In this document: positions 38,101-49,309 of the stretch, one piece after another
How the letters are laid out: each line of letters starts with the position of its first letter
How positions within the stretch are numbered: the first letter of the stretch is position 1
Source of the DNA: Amphiscolops sp. MND2022
Taxonomy: Eukaryota
Assembly (NCBI GenBank): GCA_964187785.1
Contig: OZ076415.1
Span: forward strand, 54,126,001 to 54,190,000
Direction: 5' to 3'
Length of the DNA stretch: 64,000 bases
The notes under the pieces: model-generated
Told to the model about the DNA's origin: nothing
Seen by the model: only the letters and a program-made list of their open reading frames with translations
Databases searched by the model: none
Made by a program: the position numbers and the translations under genes

Positions 38101-41073
38101 GCTCAGATAATCCGTTAATGGGATGTTTTTGCCGGCTGTATACTGCACATTCACATCGAAATGGCCTAGTCGGTCTAACCACCTAGTGAGTCTTGCGCTG
38201 TATTGTTTGTGCGCTCTATTGCGTTTCAATAGTGGTTGTAGTGCGTGCTTGGTGGTCGGTCAAGAGGTTTATCCGTTTGCCATATACGTAATATCGGAAG
38301 TACTGGAGGCCCCAGAGTACGCCTAGTAATTCTAGCTCATTTAAGGCGTACTTTCTCTCACAATCAGTGAGAAATCGACTTGCAAACGCGACCGGTCTAA
38401 ACGCCCCGTTTTCTTTTTGCCATAGGGTTGCCCCTAATCCGGTGTTACAGGCATCTGTTGTTATAAAATTATCCTTCTTCGGATCGAAATGTGCTAAACA
38501 CGGTGCTTCGGTTATTTCTTTCTTTAGCTGTTCGAAGTCGTCATTTATCTCTTTTGTCCATTCCCATTTTACGTCTTTCTTGAGTAGTTTCCGCATTCGA
38601 TCAGTCTTTTTGGATAAATTATTTACAAATTTTGACAGATGTTGTATTGAGCCAAGGACTGATTTCAAATCTTTCGTGTTCGTGGGAGCTTTTAACTTTG
38701 TTGGTTTTGTTAACTTTGTTGGTTTTGTTAACTTTGATGCAATCAGTTTTATCCTGAATTGGTTTTACTCCGTTCTGATTTATCAAGTATCCCAACCAGG
38801 TTAGTTCTTTTTTGAACAATGCTGTCTTTCTGTCGCTCGCTCGGTAGCCGGCTTCTTGTAATTTTGTTAACACTTCGCGCAATTCCCGTTCGTGTTCTTC
38901 TATTGTTCCGTTTGTGACGCAAATGATGTCATCTAACCATACCGGTGTTTTAAACTCTAAGACTTTATCTATGTGCTCTTGAAACACCGTTGGAATGTCC
39001 GCAAGTCCGTAAAAACCTTTCTTGAACCGGTAGTGTCCGGTGAATTCGCCACCGATGATGGAGAATACGCAGTGTCTCGATGCTTCAGCGGATAACTTAG
39101 CTTGTCCGTACGCATAGTCTAAATCGATCTTGGACATACAAATTTCGCCGTCGCTTTGTGTGATTTTCGCGGAAATTTGACTGATTAATTCCTCCATGTT
39201 GGGCATGGTCGCTTTCCGTTTTATACACGATTCGTTCAATTTTCTGGAGTCTAACGCAATTTTCACTGATTTATCTTTTTTAAATGTTATAACCGCCGGT
39301 GAAACGAAGCCACTTTCGGTTGTCTTGTCTGCTTTTTCTAAGTGCCCTTTTTCAATGAGTTTGTCTAGTTCATTTTTCACTATTCTTTGGAAATGAATTG
39401 GCACTGGTCTTCCCTTTTGTTGTATCGGTTTTGCGTCTTTTTTCAATTGAATTTCTATAGTTAGATCTTTTATCGTGTGATTTGTTTTGAAAAGTTTTTC
39501 GAAATCTTCAAAGATTCTCTCACCTTTACCGTTTGTGGATATGTTTCTGATGATGTTTGTTTCTCGTCTCCCCTGTAACCCAATTTCCAGTTTGTCGAGC
39601 CAGTCCAATCCCAATAGGGGTTGTGTCTTTTTCTTCTCCGTAATTAGTATGGGCAGTGTCACTTGTGTTTTCTCGGTCTTGACCTCAACCATCGCCTCGC
39701 CTTTAAATTTGATGGGATTTTTATTTACATCTATGAAACATTTTGTGGTTGGTTTAATCCCTTCTGGGTTAATAATCGGTGTAATTATCGTCACGGGTGA
39801 GCCAGTATCAATGACAAATTCTATTGGCTGCCCCTCCACCAATAGGATCGCTTTGTAGAAATCTACACGGTTTATTCCGTTCACGGATTGATTTTGATCG
39901 ATTTCTGGCCATGACTCCGTACTGCCGTCCGTTTCCTCTTCGTGTATCAAATTCACGGTCTTTGATCGGCAAACCTTGGCGAAGTGTCCGGATTTCTTGC
40001 AATTGTTACATATAGCTTTCCGTGCCGGGCAAATGTGTTCGGGTGTCCAGTTTGACTTTCCGCAGAAATGGCAGTTTTGTTCTGAATTCTTCTTCTTGCC
40101 GGCAAATGTATTTTTTCGTTTCGCTGCCGGTTTAGTGTACCCGACTTGTTCGTCTTCGGATATATTTTCTGAAGAGTTTTTTCGTTGTCTCTTGGAATGT
40201 GATGGCTTGTCCCCGTATTTACGGTTGTAGTTGTCTAGTTCGATCGTCTCCAATACCAGTTGCAGTTTCAGGGGACCTTTGATGAATTTGTCACGGGCTT
40301 TTTTGTCATTTATGGACGCTGCAAATTTGTAGGTGATTATGTCTTCGGGTGTAATGTTACCAAATTCGCACTTTCTCTCTATGTCTACTAGTTTCTTCCA
40401 ATACTCGTCCAGTGTTTCACCCTCTTCTTGTTTAATGTTGAAGAATTGGGCTCAACTGTGAAATATGTCTCTTGCGGGTAAGAAGGTCTTTTTGAACAAT
40501 TTCAGCAATTCTTGTAGACTAATGTCTTTGGGCTCTTTTCCCCATTGGCCCCTCATGATCTCATGTTTTGCTTTCGGGCCCAAAGCCCAGATGACATCGC
40601 CTTTGATGTGATATGTTGTGTGTGGACCGATGGAATCAGTTCCGTGTTCTAACAATTCCTCCAGTTTCTTTTGGTATGTTAGGTCTATGTATTCTGATAT
40701 TTGTTCCCACCACATCCTGGGATTTGCTTTCGATAGATCGGTCTCTCTATCCGATAGGATTGGGATTTTATACTTGTTTTTCTCAGTCCTCTCGACTGTC
40801 GTTTGATTGACCGCTGTTGGGTCGGATCCACTGGTGTTTTCCATTGTGACTTCTTCTGGTTCTTTCTTCTATGACTGCGCCATATTGTAGACTCGATAAA
40901 AGAATAAGGTTGGATGCTCAAGTTAAGATTAAGATGTAGCAGTATAACGTAGAGATCAACTGTATACAAACTAAAAGGTAGCATCAACTAAACAGTACAG
41001 ACTAGTGTCCTTTAAAGTTCATGACAAGTATTTGGCAACACTGTCTAGACTAATAGGAGCACTCTCCTCTACA
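35190..41073 (-). mobile_element. Complete Ty3/Gypsy LTR retrotransposon, TSD GAGTG
   Basis: 191-bp LTRs at 35190-35380 and 40883-41073 with 4 mismatches. GAGTG at 35185-35189 and 41074-41078. PBS TGGCGCAGTCA (40872-40882, tRNA-Ser-like); polypurine tract at 35381-35393. Confidence 0.97.
36433..40844 (-). pseudogene. Gag-Pol with premature stops (40452, 37213, ~37033) and frameshifts (~38740, ~38230)
   Basis: Zinc knuckles CHFCGK / CNNCKKSGHFAKVC; protease IDTGS; RT KIDLDYAYGQ...WLDD; RNH TTDACNTGLG; integrase HSGH...CPSC, LDFAGP, IRTDNG, LLERTIR. Confidence 0.92.
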
Positions 41074-41075
41074 GA

Positions 41076-42281
41076 GTGATGTCTTTTCAAAAGTATGTAC
41101 TGTATGAGAGAATTCAAGAAAAAACTTCAAGTTTTCAAGCTTCTCCATTAGTTTTTGAGTCACTTAGCACTAACGAAATCGCTGGGAAATCTTCTAGCAT
41201 GCCTGCACAACGTAAAATACGGCAAGTGGGCTCATTGTTGGATGAATTGAAGTCTAGAAGCAAACTTTTTTCCATCCAATACGGTTTTTTGGAGAAAACA
41301 ATATCAGGAAAAATCGAGGATAAGAAAATGGATTTCACCCCAACTGCTATTTCACTTTGGCTATCACCTTTTCTGAGTCGTCGCTCTTCTAAGAAACACT
41401 GGATTGTGGATAACAGTGGATTGCCCACTTTTGAACCTCGGTCGCTGAAACAGTGGATACGCCGTGGAGTGCCTTCTTGTGATCGAAAAACGTTATGGAG
41501 GTTTCTCATTCACAAACAGATCCTCAAAAATGACTGCTCCATTCATACCGAACACGACTATTATAGTTACACTAGGAGAACTGATGTTTTGGACGAAAAA
41601 ACCAAATATCAGATTGACATCGATGTGTGCCGTTGTTTAACAAACAATATTTGTTACCAGTCAGACACAAAAAAGCGCCAACTAGCGGACATTTTGAGCG
41701 TTTTCTCTCTCCTGAATCCCCGTATCAGCTACTGTCAATCTTTCAGCCGAGTAGCGGCGTTTGCGCTTCTCGTTCTCCCGGAGTTCGAAGCATTTTTGGC
41801 GTTCGAGCAAATAATTTGTCACATAATGCCTCAAGATTACTACATTGCTCCTATGGCTTCTGTACAGTCGGATATGTTTGCCCTTAAAAACTTGATAATA
41901 GACAAACTTCCTCAATTAGCGAAACATTTCGCAAAACTGGATATTGAGCCACAATTTTTTGCACTTTCTTGGTTCCACAGTTTGTTCGTAGCAATATTCC
42001 CTGTGGATATAGTTTTACTGATGTGGGACAATTTTTTCAACGAAGGTCCCAAAATTTTATTCAGAATGAGCCTGGCTGTTTTATGGTCGAAACAAAAGCA
42101 ATTACTCGAATTCAAAGAAGCAACAGATTTGTTGTGTTTCCTGTCAAAACTGGACACAGAAACTTTTGATGTTTCACAGATACGCCGATTGGCATTCAAA
42201 GACGTTAACCCTATCTCAGAAGAAACAATAAATTTATATCGCATTCAATACTTCCAGCAGATGGCTTCCAAAGCAGAATGA
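41076..42281 (+). CDS. TBC-domain Rab GTPase-activating protein, TBC1D2/TBC1D2B-like
   Basis: YGF, IRRGVP..DRKTLW, IDIDVCR (Arg finger), NPRISYCQ (Gln finger), MPQDYY, DKLPQL, WDNFFNEGPKILFR and DVNP closely follow the TBC1D2B pattern. Confidence 0.9.
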   Translation: MMSFQKYVLYERIQEKTSSFQASPLVFESLSTNEIAGKSSSMPAQRKIRQVGSLLDELKSRSKLFSIQYGFLEKTISGKIEDKKMDFTPTAISLWLSPFLSRRSSKKHWIVDNSGLPTFEPRSLKQWIRRGVPSCDRKTLWRFLIHKQILKNDCSIHTEHDYYSYTRRTDVLDEKTKYQIDIDVCRCLTNNICYQSDTKKRQLADILSVFSLLNPRISYCQSFSRVAAFALLVLPEFEAFLAFEQIICHIMPQDYYIAPMASVQSDMFALKNLIIDKLPQLAKHFAKLDIEPQFFALSWFHSLFVAIFPVDIVLLMWDNFFNEGPKILFRMSLAVLWSKQKQLLEFKEATDLLCFLSKLDTETFDVSQIRRLAFKDVNPISEETINLYRIQYFQQMASKAE

Positions 42282-43139
42282 ATGGCGGCGAACTTGAATC
42301 AACTTGAAAAACTATTGTGCTTACGGTGTCAACAGAATTGAATAGGGTCAAATAAATAACATTTCCATCCCATAATGCTGCAGCTGAGCGAAGAAGAAGG
42401 GGGGGGAGGTGTTAATCCGAGTCAGCGGCTTGGATAAGCAGCATAATTTGATTTGGGCAAGCACCTTGGGCGCTTTTGTCTGGTAACCTACAATTTTTAG
42501 TTTTCCGCAACTTGAAACTAAAAAATTTTAAATGTAAATTTATTTTCTTGAGGTTACCTGCTATAATATCTGACAAAACACCTTAGCCTAAAACGCGGAC
42601 GTATTCATCGATGCGGGAATTCCCTCATCTGCATGGCATCCTTAGATTGGGTAATTTTCATTCAAGATTGAGTAAATGTGTAAAAGATTGGTTAAATGAC
42701 CAACGTCAATTCCGAGGCGTTTCGCGTCCCTCCAAGTTGACCTTGAACTAACCAATTGTTCAAGAATGGCACTCCGTTCCGCTTCTGTTCGCTCCTGCAT
42801 TCAAGGCACTGAAGAAAGTTCGCTGTACTATGGTGGTTTTTGTTACCGGAGTATTAGCTAGGACATAATTTCTTTAGCTAACTACTTTTTAAAATCAATA
42901 TGAAACTGCTGGCATCCTTAGAAACTATTTTTCGTAATTCAATGAGTTCTAGTCCAGCTGAGCATGATTTTAATGGCGACTTAGAATGACTGCTAAACTG
43001 TTCAAAAATATACCATAGTGTAACATTTAAGCCTGATGAAGGCTAACTTGAAAAAGTTCTGCAGAATATGTTTATGACAAAAAGTTGATTAGAAAAAAAA
43101 CAATAGAAGAGAAAAATTTCAGATCCATTTCACGCAAAG

Positions 43140-45960
43140 ATCAGCCGTCGGAACTATGGTTGTTATTATTAGAAAAATCTCCCAATTTGGGCGTCATGGT
43201 AAAATTGTTATCCATTTTCAGATTACTTTCCAAACAATCATTGGGATGCTTACACGTCATTCGCTGATGACTTTCATGTCTGCGTAGGCCTGCTTCACAC
43301 ATGAAACATCAAGATTAATTTTGCATTCATCAAGATAAATAAGCAAAACAGATCTATAGACACACTGCAAAAAAGCGGTATTCAATTTTCTTGATAACAC
43401 AATGGGTATTCACAATACGAGCAAAACTATGAGATAACCATGCAAAGAAATCATCACTTTCAGGAACGTTCTTCTGAAACTAAAACATTTTTTGCCAGTA
43501 AAGAGTCATTTGAAAACACTCATTTTCATAACTTTTAATCATTAGAAGTTAATGTGAATTCTACACTTAACGCGCCATTCCACACTTTAAAAAATGAAAC
43601 ATCAACACTAATCTTATCATAAGATTCATCATAAGATCATAAGATCATATGATTCATCAAGGCTTTGCAAATTATGATAACTTATTCATAGTTGTTGCCG
43701 ATTCAAGCACAAAACTTGATGTTTTGATCAAGCACAAATGATTACTACTGCCAGACAGAAAAAGTTCGAAAATGCTCCATAGTTATTATATTTTGATATT
43801 TTCTCAATTTTTTTATCCAGAGGGTATACAGTAAACATGAGGGTATACAACAAAAACCTTTATGTGTCAGTGAAATTTAACGTCTTCCGCGAAAACTATA
43901 TCACTCGCGAGATAATTTCCCTGTTGGATTCACCATTTCTGGTTACATTTGAGGGAATTTCAATGTAAGCGACGATGTCACAACTCTGATTTAACCCCAA
44001 TTGACCTGGGCGTTTTTTAAAATTTTCAAAAATTTTGCCAAAAATCAATCAATATCTCCACAACTACGCGTGCCAGAGGAACGAACTATAGCGCGTTTGA
44101 AAGGTCTGATATTGGGCTTTCATTTTGGTCAGGTGAGCCCCTGTCGTCGCGCGCCCCTTCCTTCAGAATTTTAGCCTCTTTTTCCGGTACCGCTTACTCT
44201 CTTTTTCCGGTAGCGCGGGGGCTTGTAGTAACAACAGAATATTATAGGGGTTTGTTCCACCAGGACTTGTTGTGGAAGGGTATGTGGTTGGTTTTTTCTA
44301 TTGATCAAAGACTTTTGAGAAAACTGGATTTCGTCAAAAACTGAATTTTGAGAAAATATAACTTTTTTGTGCAAAAAAACCCATTTTTCTCAGCTTTGGA
44401 GCTATATTCCCTTTTCTAATGCTTGTGCCATTCAAATCAATCTAGGTACCAATTAGTTGTTCAAAAAAAACTGTGCTAGAGAAAATGGGCTATTGGCAAA
44501 AGGTATCAGAATTTGGAAAAAAGGTAGGCTGCTTCAAAGCATCACTAGGTTCATTGGGGTTAAATAGAGCGTTTCCCTCTGAACAAAACCACATGGTTCA
44601 GAGCCTGATCCACACAAATTGCCTACTGTAGACTACAGGGTCTCATTTAAACGTAGTATCTCTCTCTGACATATCTCGGTGTCTCAGGCGCTTTGAGGCC
44701 CTATTTTTAATTCATTTGATGAGTTTGCAAAGTTTTTCCGCGACAACTAACAATTGTTGTCTAGACTGAACTCTCAAACTTCCACTTCATCTGAAATAAC
44801 TGTAGGATCCTTTCTAAACTTCCTCCTCTGAGATTCCACATGTTTGGAAAAGGCAAATAGTGAACTGATTAAGATTTGAATCACAATAACTAGTCCCTTT
44901 TTTCTCTCTATTAACTTCTCCGAAACAGGTTTTTGACACGAAGTTGATGAGTAAACAAATTAATGGAATCAAAAACGTCAAAGCATGAACTTCAAAAACT
45001 TCAACTTGTCGGAACTAAGCTTGTAATTGTTGAAAAGATCATCTGAACTTGGGCGTCATAGTAAGAAATCAATTTCCACAGAACGTTGCGAACAATTACT
45101 GTATTGTTTACACGTCCTTCGTTGGTGATTTGCATGTCTCCGTAGACCGCCTTCACACATGAAACTTCAAAATTAAGTTTGCATTCGTCAAGCTACATAA
45201 ACAAAAAGTATATATAGACACAATGCAAAAAAGAGGCAGTTAATGTTTTTGATTAAAAACACGCTGAAAATTTTCATACCATACAATTGGTATGATTGAT
45301 ATGGTTCATGAAATAACTATCCAAGGAGACAATCTTCGCAGCGAGGAACGTTCCAGTGATGAAATAGCATTTTTCGCGAGTAAAGAGTCATTGAAAAACA
45401 CTCATTTTCATCACATTCACTTATTAGAAGTTTTCGTGAATTTTACACACAACGCGCCATTCCTCACTTGAAAAATTGAAACATCAACACTAATCTTTTG
45501 CTTGGCAACTTATGATAATTTATTCATACTTGTTGCCGAATTGAGCACAAACTTGATGTTTTGATCAAGCCAAAATGATTACTAGTGCTAGAAAGAAAAA
45601 GTTCGTAAATGATCATTAGTTACCAATATTTTGATCTTTCTCATTTTTAATCCAGAGGGTATACAGTAGACATGAGAGTATACAAAAAAACACTCTATAT
45701 ATCAGTGACAATTAATGCTCGCAAGATACTTGCCTTGTTGGAACTACCATTTGTGGTATCATTTGAAGAACGGTCAATGAAGCGACGGTATTGCAACTCT
45801 GATTTAAATTGAGCGTTTCCCTTCCAGCAAAACCATATGGTTCAGAGCCTGACCTCGGCAAACTGTTTACTTTAGACGACAGATACTCATTTAACCTAAG
45901 AATCCCTTTCTGACCCAATGCGGTGCTTCTGAGGCGTTTTGAGACCCGAGTTTAGATTAG
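43140..45960. repeat. Old diverged tandem duplication (about 43140-44720 vs 45005-45960)
   Basis: Shared blocks gtcggaact..., cttcacacatgaaac, tccagagggtatacag and atggttcagagcctga occur in the same order. Confidence 0.75.
43995..44559. mobile_element. piggyBac-type MITE with TTAA TSD
   Basis: ttaa|ccccaattgacct ... aggttcattgggg|ttaa. The paralogous empty site caactctgatTTAAattgagcgtttccc is at ~45795. Confidence 0.88.
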
Positions 45961-46063
45961 TGATGTTTTCAAGTCGCTACCGGACAACTGTGATGCCATG
46001 AAACATGACCTCAAATATTTCTAAAGACTTGACATCCGATATCCAATTCAAGAAGTTGATGTT

Positions 46064-46325
46064 TTATTAGTTTGTAATCGACTAATCTATTTGGCGATGC
46101 TTCTATTCTTCAGATATTTCTTTAGTTTGTAATCTAATATATTTAGCGATGCTCCTTTTATTCACATATTTCATTAGTTTGTATTCTACTAATCTATTTA
46201 GTGATGCTTCTATTCATCAAGTATTTCATTAGTTTTTAATCTACTAATCTATTTGCAGATGCTCCTTTTATTCACATATTTCATTAATTTGTAATCTACT
46301 AATCTATTTAGTGATGCTTCTATAC
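46064..46325. repeat. Minisatellite, ~55-bp unit, ~5 copies, alternating variants
   Basis: attagtttgtaatctactaatctatttagtgatgc repeated with alternating gcttctattc / gctccttttattcac tails. Confidence 0.85.
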
Positions 46326-48856
46326 CCAAGTAGTCTAAACTAATGTAGTTTCCAGATAATCTAAACCATATACCCTGAGGACAATCTAATCTCAGTAAAA
46401 AGACATTTACAGTAATGACATATTTCCTGTAAGTATAAAATCGTAGTTAACTAAGACTTCACGACCGATTGGTTCTTTCTCACTATAGACCGAAGAAAAT
46501 AGAACGTGAGTCCACATCAGTAGTTTTAGACAAACATCTAAATGAAGATCGATCTCATCTTAGACAACGGTTCCTGCTCAAGACTGAATAACTTCTTATG
46601 GAATTTTCAACCTGAAAAGATCAACAACCCAACAAGTTTTGAGCAACATATTTGGTGCGACCACGAAAATTTTTTTTGTCTGTCTTTTTCTCTCTTTTCT
46701 ACTCTTCTTGTACACGTTTTCCCGATTCCTAAGTAGGTAGTCTATTGTTTGACAGACTGTCGATCTTCTTTTTTGCATCATCTACAGATTTAACTTCAAA
46801 AATGCAACCAATTTTCACAAAAAACTGATTCGTGTTGGTACTGCGTACCAACGTAATTCCTGTCAGTTGAAATTCTTCTCCTCTCCAACAACTACAAAGT
46901 GATTCGTGTTGGTAAAATTCTTCTCCGTTCCAACCACTACCAAAGTGATACATGTTGGTCTTCTCTGTTAACGTTCCAACTGCAGACGTGCGATACGTGT
47001 TGGTTTTTTCTCGAAGTGTTATCCAACGATTCCTGATAGTAAATTTGGTTCTAGCTGATCGGATTATCTCCTTTGAGTTGGTACTTCTTCACATGTTTGA
47101 ACCTCTAACATTAGAATATAACTTTGCACTATATCACTTTTTTTGACTCACTATACAACTACTTTCTTTCATAACAGAAACATTTTCTTTTAACAGTTCC
47201 ACGGGTACGCAACATACGTTTCAATACAACTATCTATAAAATACTATTCAATACAACAAACATTACGAAATATCCAGAACGAACAACAGAAAACATTCTA
47301 AATCATTGAATAACATGATATAATACACATTTTTCGATGCCTTCTGGTGATGATTTTGATACGTTTTGTTTTATTCCTTTGGTTTTCATTTGGTCTTCTA
47401 GCAATTCTTGCTCTTGTCTTTGACCACTCTATTCTCCCTCCATCCCAAAGTCTTAAAATTATGATCTCCTATGATTTTTAACACTTTTTTTCTACTTCTT
47501 GGACTTTTTAGTCTATACCATTCATCCCGTTTCTTTATAACATACCTTTACGTTTTTAGTAAATTTTTGACTTTTTCTTTATAAGCCCTTTTTGTTGAAC
47601 ACCTTTTCCCATATAATAAACACTTTAAAATCGAATAAAAACTTGTGTCCTGTTTTCATCAGCTATCCAAAACTTTTGTATAGTAAATATTTTGAACTCC
47701 CATGATACATTTCTGTGTAAAACAAAAATTTGTGTGAGACAATATGCTTCCTACTCCTTTTCGATGCTCTACTTCACAACCTCGTAATGTACCTTCAATT
47801 ATTCAAGATATCCAACCCTTTTGAAAAACGTTTTCTCCAATACAAAAACCACCCACTTCTTTTTGAAACTGAAGCTCATTCTAAAAATACTATCCCACTT
47901 CTTTGAGAACACTTAGACTCTTACCACATTTACGTTTGGTACAAAACATAGGAAACCACTCCTGCTCGAACACCTCTCCAAACCAGTTTTAAACCTGTTA
48001 CAGGAAGTGATACAGACATTTTATTTAGAAGAATCTATCCATAAAATATTATATTATCAAAACAAGATGTTTTCCTCATTTATATGGACAAATTAATAGA
48101 TCACAAGGAAAAGTTAGAAACACCTATGTATCGACCTTGCCTTTCAGAAAGTCTAAAACAAAAGCATGATTATTTTGAAGTTCAAAACATAGATTCTAAG
48201 ATCACTAGACAAAATAATCCCCATTTTCGTTTCAACAAAATAGTTTACAAATAACAATTCCATTCCATCTTTTTCCGGAATATCACACTTATTGAGGACA
48301 CAATACTACCTTTTAAGGTATTTTCACGATTTATCTTGAATTTCGTTGGATTCATTTATCAATCAAATACGTAAAACAAGACCAACCAGCATATAATAAT
48401 TTTCGTCGAACTCTCGATGAAACGGATCTATTACCATTTAATATAGATGACAAGTTTAAACACACCATTAACACAACACTTGATACAACAACAACATAAT
48501 GACAAACAATTTGAGAACCTATCAGTAGAACCAGATAAAACTCTCACCGATAATCTCACTCAAGATGAGTTCCCTCCTCAGAATATCCCAACTACCGATT
48601 CAAGTACAGTTCATACAGTTGGATCGAAGCCTTTAGTAGTTCCCATACTTGTTACAGAACAAAAAGGTCCACACCCAACTCAAGGCTCTTCTATTTTATC
48701 CACAACAAATACAGATATAAAACAATTATCATTACAACCACCGAAACCACCACCTAGAAATTTTGATCCTTCTCCACCACCTGAATCCGGTACATTTTCG
48801 AACATATACATTTGAACACGAACATATACTCCCGCTCACAATACTACTGTTTTAAA

Positions 48857-49309
48857 CATTACGTTACATATGCCGCGAATGTGGGATTTTTCATCAAGTG
48901 TAAAGTGTATTTTCTGTAAAACGAGATCGAACCGTTTTCTAGTCAAAAAGTGCATCGTGTTCATCGCGAATTGTGATGCAAAGTGTAATCAGAACTTGCG
49001 GATTGTGAACATTGAGCGTAGTTAGAGAGAAAAGTGGAAACCAGTAAAGAATCTTGGTATATACCGTGAGTAAGAATGACTCTAAACGATTCTTCCATTC
49101 GTGTGTGAAGTGGAAACCAGTCAAAGTCCGTAATTTTAGAGAGTATAAAGTAGTCATTTACTGCATTTTGATCAATACGCGTAACGCCAAATCACACAGT
49201 GTAACGAGCAAAACACGTAACGCGTATTTGAAATGATAACGCGTTTTTATTGGCTGTTAATCGAACTAGCAAGATCTTGCTAGTTCGTTGCGGCATATGC
49301 ATCGTAATG
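48857..49309. mobile_element. MITE of the CATTAC-TIR family, 2-bp TSD AA, inserted in the Gypsy gag region
   Basis: aa|cattacgttacatatgccgc ... gcggcatatgcatcgtaatg|aa; perfect 26-bp palindrome cgaactagcaagatcttgctagttcg. Confidence 0.85.

Noticed and set aside
38697-38740. 18-bp tandem repeat in pol as a functional insertion
   Set aside because: Coincides with a frameshift that breaks RT from RNase H; most likely slippage decay.
39196-42244. Many 60-150 aa ORFs antisense to pol and TBC
   Set aside because: They are shadows of real coding strands, with no independent motifs.
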